Shown: positions 49,963 through 61,550 of the stretch, in pieces
Layout: each line of letters starts with the position of its first letter
Position numbering within the stretch: the first letter of the stretch is position 1
Notes under the pieces: generated by a model
The model's database searches: none
Seen by the model: only the letters and a program-made list of their open reading frames with translations
Told to the model about the DNA's origin: nothing
Position numbers and translations under genes: made by a program
Source: a virus
Virus record (IMG/VR): IMGVR_UViG_3300021512_000005
Coordinates: 9,040 to 73,039 of that record
DNA: 64,000 nt
Reading direction: 5' to 3' (one strand)

Positions 49963-51111
49963 ATGACAAATTTACAAGAAGTTATTGAAATTTCAAATGA
50001 AATTAAATTTCTCAATACAAAAAAAGAGAAACAAAGATTAATTGATACATTATCAGATGATATAATAACAATATTATCTAACACAATTAATAAAAATGGT
50101 ATTGGGCCAGAAATATTTGAAGAAATAAATACTTATGATTCAGATACAAGTATTAATATTAAAAATATTATAGAAAAATTTGATACAGCTGCAAAAATAT
50201 CTTCAACAAATGAAAAAAGAGAAATTCTTTCAACATTATATCTCACATCAGAAGAAAAAGAATTTCTAAGTCATTGTTTATATCCAATAAAATATGGATC
50301 ATTAAATTTAGGAATAAAAATAAATCCACGACAAACAATAACATCTACAATTAAACCAATGTTAGCGAAATCCGGGGATTTTAACCCATTTAAAATGATT
50401 ATTGAAAGAAAATATGATGGTCATAGATGTATTGCAAAAAATATAAATAATAAAATAGAACTATTTACTCGGCAAGGAAAGCCATTTAAAGGTGCAAAAA
50501 TTATAGAAGATAAACTATATTTAGATCATAATACAATTGTTGATGGTGAGATAATTTCATCAGATGATAATTTTGAAAAATTAGATATAAATTCGACAAA
50601 TCTGATATATAAAATATTTGATATTTTATATTATAAAGGTGAAAATGTTCAAAATAAATCTTTTAAAATAAGAAGATCAATTTTAGAATTAATAATTAAA
50701 GAAAATGAATATATCCAATTATCAGAAATATTAACATTAAATACTTTTGAACACATTGATATATGGATTAAAGGAACTGGTGCAGAAGGAATTATTGCAA
50801 AAGATCCAAATGGTCCATATCTCCAAAATAAAAGAAATTGGATAAAATATAAACATTTTAAAGATCTAAATGCAAAAATAGTTGGAATAACAGAAGGAAC
50901 TGGAAAACGGAAAGGAACAATGGGAGCATTAGAAGTTATTCCCGAAGGATTAGATGAAATTACTAAAATAGGCACAGGATTTAATGACCAGCAATTAATT
51001 GATATATCAGAACAAATTAAAAATGGTGAAGAACTTCAATGTATTGTGAAATATCAAAATATTACAAAAGATGGAAAATTACGATTCCCCGTTTTTATGA
51101 GATTAATATAA
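49963..51111 (+). CDS. lig: ATP-dependent DNA ligase
   Basis: KYDG motif I, VDGE, IFDIL, EGIIAK, WIKYK, GTGF, LRFP. Confidence 0.9.
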   Translation: MTNLQEVIEISNEIKFLNTKKEKQRLIDTLSDDIITILSNTINKNGIGPEIFEEINTYDSDTSINIKNIIEKFDTAAKISSTNEKREILSTLYLTSEEKEFLSHCLYPIKYGSLNLGIKINPRQTITSTIKPMLAKSGDFNPFKMIIERKYDGHRCIAKNINNKIELFTRQGKPFKGAKIIEDKLYLDHNTIVDGEIISSDDNFEKLDINSTNLIYKIFDILYYKGENVQNKSFKIRRSILELIIKENEYIQLSEILTLNTFEHIDIWIKGTGAEGIIAKDPNGPYLQNKRNWIKYKHFKDLNAKIVGITEGTGKRKGTMGALEVIPEGLDEITKIGTGFNDQQLIDISEQIKNGEELQCIVKYQNITKDGKLRFPVFMRLI

Positions 51112-51264
51112 ATTAAAATGAGATTTCATATAAAGAATTATAAAATCTAAGGAATACTTTTAAAAAATAAGTACATTATTGAGTAAAAAGTTTTGATAAT
51201 GGCTGGCTCATTACCTGTCATTATCATTCCCAAAAAGGGATAAATATTAAATGAGGTATAAAAA

Positions 51265-51606
51265 ATGACTGAAACAACAACTAATACGGATTTGTTCAAT
51301 GAAATTATGTCGGCTTTAGATCAGAATCCAGATGGATATCCTGAGACATGGAGACCCGAAACAGGAGATACTATTGTTGGAAGATATATTTCTTCAGAAG
51401 AAGAAGTTGGTAAGTTCCACCAGACAGTATATGTTCTCGAAAACCTTGATACGGGTGTTAGAACATCTGTTTTTGGAAATGTAGTATTGAATGATCGAAT
51501 GGCCGAAGCCGAATATGGTGATATTGTCGGTATTCGATATATGGGTAAAAAGAAGAATTATCATGTTTATAATGTGGTAATTCGTCTTGGAACTACAGAG
51601 GAGTAA
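51265..51606 (+). CDS. Putative OB-fold ssDNA-binding protein
   Basis: 'WRPETGDTIVG', 'GDIVGIRYMGKK'; acidic composition. Confidence 0.5.
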   Translation: MTETTTNTDLFNEIMSALDQNPDGYPETWRPETGDTIVGRYISSEEEVGKFHQTVYVLENLDTGVRTSVFGNVVLNDRMAEAEYGDIVGIRYMGKKKNYHVYNVVIRLGTTEE

Positions 51607-51655
51607 AATCCTCTATTTTTTTTAAATTGATAGTAAAAAGTTATGAGATGATTTA

Positions 51656-52033
51656 ATGAATCTGTATAAAGTATTAATTAAACATTTTTCACCAAAAGAT
51701 AATGTATTAGCAATTATAGAATATCTTCTTGCAAAAAATGATAATGATGTTTACAATTATATTGATAAAAAATATGCTCATGGATCTTGGGCAGATGCTG
51801 AAAATAAATGTAATATTTATGATATATATGATGAATATCATAATAAAATTGGTACAGAAACATATCGAGAGAAAATAATGCGATTAAAGGGTAATATCAA
51901 TGATGATGATATTGATTTAACAGATGTATATTATGGTATATCTGCGTATGGTTGGGAATTGGTAGAGGAAAATGTAACATGGGATACTACTCATTTAATA
52001 GATTTGGGTATAATTGTCGAATGTAAAGTATAA
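51656..52033 (+). CDS. Hypothetical protein
   Basis: 125-aa ORF. Confidence 0.45.
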   Translation: MNLYKVLIKHFSPKDNVLAIIEYLLAKNDNDVYNYIDKKYAHGSWADAENKCNIYDIYDEYHNKIGTETYREKIMRLKGNINDDDIDLTDVYYGISAYGWELVEENVTWDTTHLIDLGIIVECKV

Positions 52034-52034
52034 T

Positions 52035-52108
52035 GAATCTGTAGCCAAGATAGGTAAGGCAACGGGCTTTTAACCCGTGTACCGAGGGTTCAAGTCCCTC
52101 CAGATTCA
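52035..52108 (+). tRNA. tRNA-Lys (anticodon TTT)
   Basis: Acceptor GAATCTG/CAGATTC; anticodon arm ACGGG-CTTTTAA-CCCGT; T arm GAGGG-TTCAAGT-CCCTC; no encoded CCA. Confidence 0.9.
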
Positions 52109-52825
52109 TTTTGGAGGTTTATTATGAAAAAAGTTATTAGAAGATTTATTAACAAAAATGATAAAAATGATATGAATGATCTTGAGAAAATAAATAATAT
52201 AATTAAAACTGTTGAAGTTGAAAATGGTTATATTGTTATTTTTGAACGAGAAGTAGCATCAAGGTATTAAAAATGAATAAAAAATATTTAGAAATATTTG
52301 AAAAATATAAAATTGAATTTCAAAATAGTCTTATTGCACAAATATATAATGATATTGAACCAATAAATAATTCATTAAATTTAGATTTTGAAAATAAAAT
52401 ATCTAAAAAAGTTAAAAAATTATCAATAAATGAATTTGAAAAAATATGGAATAATTATAATGCTATTTGGTCTTTTAAAGATGAAATTGAAGATATTTTA
52501 AAAAATGGGTATTAAAAATGAATATTATAAATAAAATAAAACAAAAAATATTTCCATTTACACATTCAATTGTATTAAGAAATGGAAAAAAATTAAATTG
52601 TAGATCTTCATTAGAAACAACATTATATGAAAATGAAAATGAAAAAAATATTTTAATTCTTGATTCAAGTGTAAATTTTAAACGAAAAATAATAACAATT
52701 AATAAAGATGATGTTTTATATTATATAGAACCATTTTCACTTGATAATTGGGATGAATTAATATATAAATTATATTATAGTCCAAAAGAAAAAGAAGGTA
52801 AATCATATATTGAAAGTATATATGG

Positions 52826-53614
52826 GTGATTTTAATGGAATATATACGCAATGATAAATTTAAAGATGAATTTAAAAAATTAGAATCAATGTATTTATTT
52901 CCATTGGGAGATGTACACTATGGTTCATCAACTTCAAATTATAAAGAATTTGAAAAATATCTTGAATTAGGTTCATCATTAGATAATGCTTATTTTATTT
53001 TTATGGGTGATCTTATGGAATCTGCAGGAAGAACATCACCTGGGATGTCTCAATTTACTCAAGATATTTTACCTCAAGAACAATATGATTGGGTAATAGA
53101 AACATTAACACCTGTAAAACATAAAGCATTAGTTTTTCATGGTGCTAATCATGAAAGAAGAGTGCAAATTTCAACAGGAATTGATATATCAAAAAATCAA
53201 GCACATGAACTTGGAATTAGATATGTTCCATTTTCATCAATTATGCGAATAAAATTAAAAAAATGTGCATATAATATTCATTCTATGCATGGGAGTGCTG
53301 GATCAACTTTATCTCATACAAAAATAAAAGCACATAAGGATGCAACTGCTCATATAGAAGGGGTAGATATTTATCTTATGGGTCATGTTCATTTTAATCA
53401 TACTGAAGAAATAATTATTCGTAAACCAAATATTAAAGAAAAAAGAATTGATAAAATTAAAATATATAAAATAATGACAGGACATTTTCTTGAATGGGAT
53501 AATTCTTATGCTGAAGAAAAATCTTATAATCCATTACCAATGGGTGCTCCAATTCTAAAATTAAATGGTTTAGAACGTGAAATTAAAGTTATGTCAATTG
53601 AGGATTTTAAATGA
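52826..53614 (+). CDS. Calcineurin-like metallophosphoesterase
   Basis: GDxH, GDL, ANHE, HG, GHVH motifs. Confidence 0.85.
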   Translation: MILMEYIRNDKFKDEFKKLESMYLFPLGDVHYGSSTSNYKEFEKYLELGSSLDNAYFIFMGDLMESAGRTSPGMSQFTQDILPQEQYDWVIETLTPVKHKALVFHGANHERRVQISTGIDISKNQAHELGIRYVPFSSIMRIKLKKCAYNIHSMHGSAGSTLSHTKIKAHKDATAHIEGVDIYLMGHVHFNHTEEIIIRKPNIKEKRIDKIKIYKIMTGHFLEWDNSYAEEKSYNPLPMGAPILKLNGLEREIKVMSIEDFK

Positions 53615-53856
53615 TTAAATTAAAACCATGTAAACATCTTGATTATAATGAAGATGAATATGATGCAGAATTAAGAACATATAAACATTTGGGTTATCCA
53701 GATGTAAAATATTGGTATAGAATTATTGTACCTTTTGATGATATTCCAAGAAAGGTTCAATTTTGTAAAAAATATGGAAGAATAGATGGTATTTTTCAAT
53801 GTTATACTGGTGAAATGTTTTGTTATGAAACTGAATAAAAAAGAGGAATATAAAAA

Positions 53857-54450
53857 ATGATAATAAAAGATATGCCTAAACTTCAATCACCTTTTGTACG
53901 TGAATTTAATGATAAACATGAATATGTAGTTATTGATGAAATAAATCCTGGATATGAATGGGTTTTTGAAGATCCAAAAGTTATTGCCGTTGAAAAACTT
54001 GATGGTACAAATGTAAGTATTATTATAAATGAAAATAATATTACAGATGTATTTAATCGAACAGCACGAGTTCCTTTTATAAATAAAGGAAAACAATTTA
54101 TTATTGAAGGAGTTCAAAATGCTTATGAAAGAGGATATTTAAAACTTTTACCAAATGGACAGCATTTTGGTGAAGTTATAGGCCCAAAACTTCAAAAAAA
54201 TCCATATAAACTTGAAAAACATTTATTTGTTCCATTTTCTAAACTTCAAAAAGAATATATATATAAATCTTGGGGTAAATATCCAAAAGATTTTGAATCA
54301 ATTTCTGAATGGTTTAAAGATTTAAAACCTTTATTTGGACGAAAATATAATTCAGATTTTGTTGAAGGGATAGTTTTTACACATCCAGATGGTAGAATGG
54401 CAAAACTTCGACGGGATATGTTTGATTGGTATAAAGGAAAAAGACATTAA
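53857..54450 (+). CDS. RNA ligase (Rnl2-like nucleotidyltransferase domain)
   Basis: EKLDGTN, FGE, EGIV, AKLR motifs. Confidence 0.75.
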   Translation: MIIKDMPKLQSPFVREFNDKHEYVVIDEINPGYEWVFEDPKVIAVEKLDGTNVSIIINENNITDVFNRTARVPFINKGKQFIIEGVQNAYERGYLKLLPNGQHFGEVIGPKLQKNPYKLEKHLFVPFSKLQKEYIYKSWGKYPKDFESISEWFKDLKPLFGRKYNSDFVEGIVFTHPDGRMAKLRRDMFDWYKGKRH

Positions 54451-54553
54451 ATGAATTATATTGCAATGAGTTATATATGTGAGTATTGTTTAAAAGAAAA
54501 TAAAAATCCTAATTGTAAAAAATGTAAAAAATTAAATAAAAAGGAAGATAAGA

Positions 54554-57331
54554 ATGAATAAAATAATTAATGAATATATAAAAGAAGGAAATTATAATAA
54601 TGCTAATGCTAATTATTCTATTTCTGGATTAAAAGCAGAAATAGCTCATAAAATATTAAAAAAAGATTTATTATTTAAATCACCAGCAGGAAAATATCAT
54701 AAATCGGGCGATTTATATCTTCATGATCTTTCTGGAGGTGAATATTCATCATATTGTGCAGGTCATGATCTTCAACTTTTATTACTAAATGGAATTAAAA
54801 ATCCATCAGGAGGTTCATCAGAACCTGCAAAACATTTAGATGTGGTAGTAGATCATATTGTTAATTATATATATATTTCTCAAAATGAATTTGAAGGAGC
54901 ACAAGCATTTAGTAATTTTGATACATATCTTGCACCATTTATAAAAAATGATAATTTAGATTATAATAATGTTAAACAATCATTACAAAGAATGGTTTTT
55001 AATCTTTCTTATCCTCTCAGAGCAGCATTTCAAACTCCTTTTTCAAATTTGTCACTTGATTTAAAACCACCAGAACATATAAAAAATGAACCAGCAATTA
55101 TTGGTGGTGAAGCACAAGAATTTACATATAATGAATGTCAAAAAGAAATGGATATGATTAATTTGGCATTATTAGATGTAATGATTGAAGGTGATCGAGA
55201 TGGGAATCCTCATACATTTCCTATTCTTACATATTCAATTACTAAAGATTTTGATTGGAATTCAGAAGTATCTAATCGCATTTTTGAATTAACTGCTAAA
55301 TTTGGAACTCCATATTTTAGTAATTATCTTGGATCAGAATTAGATCCAAAAGATAGTCGATCTATGTGTTGTAGATTGCGATTGGACATTTCAGAAGTCA
55401 TGGAACAACAAAAAGCAGGTGGATTATGGAATACTGGAATTTCAACCGGTTCAACAGCAGTTGTTTCAATAAATATGTCACGAATTGGTTATTTATGTAC
55501 TGGTAATGAAGAATGTTATTTTAAACGTTTAAATAATTTATTAGAAGTTGCAAAACAACATCTTGAATATAAACGTGAAAAAATAAATAAGGGATTTGAA
55601 TTAGGATTAATGCCATTTACACGTGAATATTTAAAAGATTTTTCAAGTCATTTTTCTACAATTGGTATTCTTGGAATGAATGAGTCTTGCTTAAATATGT
55701 TTGGAAAACCAATTTATGAATGTCAAGATTTTGTAGAAAAAGTTTTAAAACATATTAAACAAAAAACAAAAGAATTTGCAAAAGAAACAGGTCATTTATA
55801 TAATTTTGAGCAAACACCATGTTTTAGTTCATCAACAAAATTTATAATAAAAAATAAAAGAAGAAATCTTATAACAATTTCAAATATTGTAGATTTAAAA
55901 AAACATAATTTAAATGAAACTGAAATTTTAACTCCAAACGGATTTAAAAAAATAATAAGATTTATTGAAAAACCATATAATAATCATTTAATTCATATTA
56001 TTTTAATAAATGGAAGTTCAATGAATGTTACTCCTGATCATCCTTGTGTTATTAAAGATAAAAATAAATACATTATAAAAAAATGTCAAGATTTAAAAAT
56101 TGGAGATGAAATGGCATTTAATAAAAATATTTTAAATATTTCAAATATTGGAAATTATAATCTTGGAAGGGCATGTGGTTTATGGTTAGCAGAAGGACAT
56201 CATTCAACTACAAATGGTACATCATTTACTTTTCATAAAAATGAAATTGAATATATAAATTTTATAAAAGAATATGCAGAAAATGAATTTGGTTGTAATA
56301 CAACTATAAGAAAACATGGTGAAAATGGAATAAGAATAGAAGTATTTGGTAATGGATTTAAAAATACATTATTACAATTTGTTGCGGGTGAACATTCATG
56401 GAAAAAGCATATAAAATCAAAAGTATTTAATATGTCAAATGAATTTAGATATGGATTAATTGATGGAATTTGGGAGGGTGATGGAGATAAAAAAAATAAT
56501 ACATTGACTACAACATCTTTACAATTAGCAAAAGATTGTTGTAAAGTAATGAATACATTAAATATTAAATATACTTTTAGAAAAAAAGATTCACCAAGTG
56601 TTAAAAAAAGTTTAAAAGATGGAAATCATCATCAACCTTATATGATAACTAAAATTACAGAAGAAAATCATTCAAATACATATACAAGATATTATAAAGA
56701 ATCAGATATAAATAATGATAGATTTTATTATTTACCAATAAAATCTATTACAATTCCAACAACTAAAACAAAATATGTATATGATGTTGAAGTTGATGAT
56801 AATGAGCATTTATTAACTCTTGCAAATGGAATTATATCACATAATTGTGAATCAGCATCATATTCAATTGCAAAAATAGATAAAGAAAAATATCCAGATA
56901 TTATTACACAAGGAGAAGGTTCTGGAATTTTTTATACAAATTCGAGTCATAATTATGTAGGTGATGAATTAAGTTTAGGTAAATCATTAAGATGTCAAGA
57001 AAGATTTAACCAATATTATACAGGTGGAACATTATTTCATATTTGGGCGGGAGAAAGTTCCCCATCACCAGAAGGTGTTAAAGATTTAATTAGAAATATT
57101 TGTTTAAATACATCATTACCATATATAGCATTTACAAAAGCATATTCTATTTGTCCAAATTGTGGAATTTCTGATGATTTATCAGGAATATGTCCAAAAT
57201 GTAATGGAATTACAAATGTATATGATCGTGTTACCGGATACTATCGACCAGTAACTAAATTTAATAAAGGAAAACAAGCAGAATTTATAAGACGAAAAAG
57301 ATTTAATTTAAAAGATACTTTTAAAAAATAA
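54554..57331 (+). CDS. nrdD: Anaerobic (class III) ribonucleotide reductase containing an intein
   Basis: 'LYLHDL', 'YCAG', 'SMCCRL', C-terminal CxxC...CPxC and glycyl-radical 'RVTGY'. Confidence 0.9.
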   Translation: MNKIINEYIKEGNYNNANANYSISGLKAEIAHKILKKDLLFKSPAGKYHKSGDLYLHDLSGGEYSSYCAGHDLQLLLLNGIKNPSGGSSEPAKHLDVVVDHIVNYIYISQNEFEGAQAFSNFDTYLAPFIKNDNLDYNNVKQSLQRMVFNLSYPLRAAFQTPFSNLSLDLKPPEHIKNEPAIIGGEAQEFTYNECQKEMDMINLALLDVMIEGDRDGNPHTFPILTYSITKDFDWNSEVSNRIFELTAKFGTPYFSNYLGSELDPKDSRSMCCRLRLDISEVMEQQKAGGLWNTGISTGSTAVVSINMSRIGYLCTGNEECYFKRLNNLLEVAKQHLEYKREKINKGFELGLMPFTREYLKDFSSHFSTIGILGMNESCLNMFGKPIYECQDFVEKVLKHIKQKTKEFAKETGHLYNFEQTPCFSSSTKFIIKNKRRNLITISNIVDLKKHNLNETEILTPNGFKKIIRFIEKPYNNHLIHIILINGSSMNVTPDHPCVIKDKNKYIIKKCQDLKIGDEMAFNKNILNISNIGNYNLGRACGLWLAEGHHSTTNGTSFTFHKNEIEYINFIKEYAENEFGCNTTIRKHGENGIRIEVFGNGFKNTLLQFVAGEHSWKKHIKSKVFNMSNEFRYGLIDGIWEGDGDKKNNTLTTTSLQLAKDCCKVMNTLNIKYTFRKKDSPSVKKSLKDGNHHQPYMITKITEENHSNTYTRYYKESDINNDRFYYLPIKSITIPTTKTKYVYDVEVDDNEHLLTLANGIISHNCESASYSIAKIDKEKYPDIITQGEGSGIFYTNSSHNYVGDELSLGKSLRCQERFNQYYTGGTLFHIWAGESSPSPEGVKDLIRNICLNTSLPYIAFTKAYSICPNCGISDDLSGICPKCNGITNVYDRVTGYYRPVTKFNKGKQAEFIRRKRFNLKDTFKK
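55820..56845 (+). mobile_element. Intein with LAGLIDADG homing endonuclease (342 aa) in nrdD
   Basis: EQTP|CFSSST start, block B 'VTPDHP', 'GLWLAEG' and 'GLIDGIWEGDG', 'VYDVEV', 'IISHN|CES' end. Confidence 0.9.
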
Positions 57332-57591
57332 GTACATATTGAGGTTAAAAAAAATGACAAAACAAAAAATGTATAGATGTCAAAATTGTGGTCGAATAGT
57401 AACAAAACAAGAATTAGAAGAAGAAATATTTTCAGGATCAATGGGATTATGTTTCTGTGAATATACATCAGAAAATAGAATTTTAAATAAATTTGAGGAG
57501 ATATAAATGGCAAAGGCAAATCAAAAGGCTCGTAGAGGTGGCAATCTTTCAATTCAACAAATGAAAGTAAGAAATAGGAAGGTGAGAAGAA

Positions 57592-57978
57592 ATGAAAGAA
57601 GAAATAGTACTCAAACTTGAAGATTTAGATTATTTTGATTCTAAACTTCTTGATGGTGAAATTTTAATACAAAAAGAAGTTATTGAAAGAAATAAAGATG
57701 ATCCAATTGTTAAATTAAGTTATAATCATCGAGTTGAAGTTTGGATACATGAAATTTTACCAAATCGACTTAATAAAATTGATAAAGAACATAAAAATCC
57801 AGTTTTTATTAATCGGATGGCAAATTTAGCCATTAATGATTTTAAACGACTTCTTAAACGTTCTGAAAAAGAAGGATTAGATGATAAAAGAAATTTTCTA
57901 TTAAATATTCTTTTATTAGAATTATCAAAATATTCTAATAAAAAAGATGAATATTATAAAGAAAGAGGTATTGAATGA
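57592..57978 (+). CDS. Hypothetical protein
   Basis: 128-aa ORF with GGTGA RBS. Confidence 0.45.
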   Translation: MKEEIVLKLEDLDYFDSKLLDGEILIQKEVIERNKDDPIVKLSYNHRVEVWIHEILPNRLNKIDKEHKNPVFINRMANLAINDFKRLLKRSEKEGLDDKRNFLLNILLLELSKYSNKKDEYYKERGIE

Positions 57979-58799
57979 AATATATTCTTTTACATGATAA
58001 AGATGAAGATACATTAAAAATAAATGGTTATACACCAACAGAATGTTTAGAAGCATTATTAATTGCAATTAGATCTTTATCAAAGGATGAATATGAAAAA
58101 ATAAAATTAATTCAACATAAAATTTTAGATGAATGTATAGGAGATTTATTAATAAATGAATGATTTTAAAAAAGAAATATTAAATTTAACTAATGCTCTT
58201 ATAAAATGGGATGTATCAAATATTAGTTCAGAAGTAACAAAAGACATTATTTATAGAGCATTATTAAGAATATTAAAAAAATATAATGAGGATGAATAAA
58301 ATGTTAAAATGGTGGGTAAAATTATTACCTTATGGTTTAGTAATGAAAATTTTACGTAATCAAAATAGTTTTAATGGATATGGAACATTAAAAATAAATA
58401 AAAAAGAATATTCTGTTTGTTATTTTCAAGTAAATGAAGGTGAATTTGCTTGTTATTTAAAAGAATTGCAAAAAATTTTTGATGAACGAAAAAAAGAAAA
58501 AAGAAATGCAAAATTAAATAAAAAACTTGAAAAAATAAATAAAGAAATAAATAAAGATTATTTATTAAAAAATAAATTAAAAGAACAATTTGAATATGAA
58601 GAAAATTAAAGGTGAAAAATTATGTATCATGAATATGAATATGAATTTAAAATAGATAATATTACAATATTTTTTACAGAATCATCAAAAATTGAATTTT
58701 ATGAAGATGATAAATTAATTTTAAAATTAAATCCTTGGGATATCGATGTAATTCAAAATGTATATAATTTAATGATGAAAAAATTTAAAGAGGCAGAAA

Positions 58800-59300
58800 A
58801 TGAAAGCTGGGAAGAAATTTGAACAAGAAATTCGTAATAGTTTAAAAGATCTTGAAAAAAATAATTGTTTTTGGTTTAGAATTGCAGACCATGCTTCATA
58901 TACAAAATTTTTGAAAGATGTCCCGATAAGAATCGGACCACAGCCTGGGGATTTTTTGGCAATAATGAATAGTGTTACATGTCTTATTGAATGTAAATCA
59001 TCTCAATCAAAAAGAGGATATAATAGTTCTTATATTAAAGAACATCAATTACAAGCCAATAAAGATTGTATACAAGCAGGTGGTAATGCATATTTTTTAA
59101 TTCAAAAAAATATAAAAGAAGATAAAAAAGTTTATTTTTATACTGCTGATGAATTTGAAAATTTAGTAAAAGAAAAAGGTAGAAAAATATTAAAATGGGA
59201 TGATTTTGATAAAAGTAAAGAATTAAAAAAATTAAAAAAAAATAGATGGGATTTAAGACCATTATTTTATGTGACATCTATATTAGAACAAATAAAATAA
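58800..59300 (+). CDS. Holliday junction resolvase (Hjc/RecU-like)
   Basis: 'GKKFE', 'PGDF', 'IECKS', 'HQ', 'GGNAY'. Confidence 0.72.
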   Translation: MKAGKKFEQEIRNSLKDLEKNNCFWFRIADHASYTKFLKDVPIRIGPQPGDFLAIMNSVTCLIECKSSQSKRGYNSSYIKEHQLQANKDCIQAGGNAYFLIQKNIKEDKKVYFYTADEFENLVKEKGRKILKWDDFDKSKELKKLKKNRWDLRPLFYVTSILEQIK

Positions 59301-59956
59301 ACGAATATCTATATTAAATAAGAATACTTTTAAAAAATAAGTACTTAATTGAGGTTAAAAAATGATAATAGAATTACATACAACACCATTTGGAATTCCA
59401 ATTGCATTTGAAACAACTGGAATAATTGTAAAAAGTACTGGTGATAAAAATGCACCAGCAGTAGTTAATGGAATTACTGTAAAAGAAAAATATAATGAAA
59501 TTATAGAAATGTTAAAAAATGAAGAAGAATATAATAGTAATGATGATGGCATAATATCATATTATTATAAATTTAATAATGAATTTAATAAAGTATGATG
59601 AGGTATTAAAAATGACAAGAGTAGTTGTAATGAAAAATAATAATACATATTTAGTTGAAGATGAAAGTTTCCCCTTTATGCATCAAAATAGGCTTTCATA
59701 TCATTTTGTTGTTTTATCTGAAGAAATAGATGAAAATGGAGACCCTAAGAAATCATTTCTTTCTGTAGCAGCAGAGGATATTTCAGAAATTTTAAGTCCT
59801 TATTCTAAAAAAGAATATCAGAAATTAGTTGAAAGTAAAGAAATGGCAATAAGTTTTCTTCAAGAACAATATAAAGAACAAGAAGGAAATATAAATAATC
59901 ACAATGATAAAGATTATGTGTGATTATTTTTTTTAAATTAAAGTAATTTTATTTTT

Positions 59957-60856
59957 ATGTCTATAAATTGGAAAAGAACTGTAGAATTACATAATAAATC
60001 TATAAATGAATTAAAGAAATATTTTAAAAAATATCCAAAATCTTCCAAAAAAGTTTATGGAATTTGTGATAAATGTGGGTTTGAACAATTAATAAGATAT
60101 GTTGATTATCAAAAAACTAAAGGTTTATGTAATAAATGTGGACATGGATATAAAAATAGAATTGGAAAAGTATATAATGGAATAAAAATATTAAAAGAAG
60201 TTGGAAGAAATAAACATGGTCATAAAATAGTATTAGCAAAATGTCCTTATTGTGATAGAGAATGGGAAGTTTTAGAAGAAAGTATAAAATCTGGAAATAC
60301 AAAATCATGTGGATGTTTACTACCACATAATTATAAAAATTCAATTGGAAATAAATATTATGTTAATGATAAAAAAAAATATATTAAAGTATTAAAAGAA
60401 ATTGGATATAAAAAATCATATAAAATAGTATTAGCAAAATGTCCATTTTGTAATAAAAAATTTAAAGTTCGAGAAGATCATTTAAAAAATGGTCAAAAAT
60501 CTTGTGGATGTTTACGTCCAATTGAAAACACAGATATAGAACTTATAATGCAAAAAGAATTAGAAAAAAGAAATTATAATTTTGAAACACAAGTAAATAT
60601 ATTACAATATCGTCCAGATATATTATTAATTGATTATAATATTATAATTGAATGTGATGGAAAATATTGGCATAATACACCAAAACGAATAAAAAGAGAT
60701 AAACAACGTGACATAAAAATAGAACAAGAAGGATATAAAGTACTTAGATTTTGGGATGATGAAATTAAAAAACATATAAATTGGTGTTTAAAGAAAATTG
60801 AAGATTTAATTTTAAATTATGAATATCCAAATAAGTATTTTATGGTAAATATTTAA
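59957..60856 (+). CDS. Zinc-ribbon repeat protein with C-terminal Vsr/DUF559-like endonuclease (homing-endonuclease-like)
   Basis: Repeated 'IVLAKCPxC...KSCGCL'; 'PDI...IIECDGKYWH...RD...GYKVLRFW'. Confidence 0.7.
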   Translation: MSINWKRTVELHNKSINELKKYFKKYPKSSKKVYGICDKCGFEQLIRYVDYQKTKGLCNKCGHGYKNRIGKVYNGIKILKEVGRNKHGHKIVLAKCPYCDREWEVLEESIKSGNTKSCGCLLPHNYKNSIGNKYYVNDKKKYIKVLKEIGYKKSYKIVLAKCPFCNKKFKVREDHLKNGQKSCGCLRPIENTDIELIMQKELEKRNYNFETQVNILQYRPDILLIDYNIIIECDGKYWHNTPKRIKRDKQRDIKIEQEGYKVLRFWDDEIKKHINWCLKKIEDLILNYEYPNKYFMVNI

Positions 60857-61018
60857 AACAAGAATATTTTTAAAAAATAAGTACATAATGAGGTTAAAAA
60901 ATGAATCTAAGTCAAGTAGCAATATTATTGGCAAAATGGACAAAATGTCCTAATGTAAATAAAAATGGATTAAAAGTAGAAATTTCATCAGATTATAAAG
61001 AATTTAAAATAACATCAA

Positions 61019-61549
61019 GTGATTAAAATGATTCGAATATTTATGTCAGGTCCATCTGGAACAGGAAAAAGTATTTTAGCAAAAAGAATTGCAAAAAATT
61101 TAAATATTTTATATATCCCTAATCGGCCAAATTATTCATTGAAAGCACAAAAAACAGAATCTGGTCAATTAGCGGCAAGTTTACAACGATTTCAGATAAT
61201 TGCAGATGCTATTTATTTAAATCAATCATTTATATGTGATAGATCTCCAATAGATTCTATTTTATATGATATTAATTATGGATTTAAAAATAATAAATTT
61301 CTAAAAAATATTGCATATAATTTATATGAAAAAGCAGATTATATTATTAATATAATTCCAGATCGGATTAATTATTCAATTAAAAATGATGGGATTCGTG
61401 ATGTTAATAATGATAATAATTTAAATGAATTATTTATAAAATATACAAAATTTTTAAAATTTAAATATCCAAAAATAAATACTCTTACTTTAAAACAAGA
61501 TGATTTTTATAAAATGGAAAAAGAAATTATTAATTTTATTAGAGGTTAA
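61019..61549 (+). CDS. P-loop deoxynucleoside monophosphate kinase-like protein
   Basis: 'GPSGTGKS', 'CDRSPID', 'DGIR'. Confidence 0.7.
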   Translation: MIKMIRIFMSGPSGTGKSILAKRIAKNLNILYIPNRPNYSLKAQKTESGQLAASLQRFQIIADAIYLNQSFICDRSPIDSILYDINYGFKNNKFLKNIAYNLYEKADYIINIIPDRINYSIKNDGIRDVNNDNNLNELFIKYTKFLKFKYPKINTLTLKQDDFYKMEKEIINFIRG

Positions 61550-61550
61550 A

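Noticed and set aside
319-60344. Short opposite-strand or nested ORFs in the track (e.g. 319..519, 14920..15228, 28523..28741, 50649..50975, 57241..57552)
   Set aside because: They are antisense shadows of well-supported genes, with no RBS or recognisable motifs.
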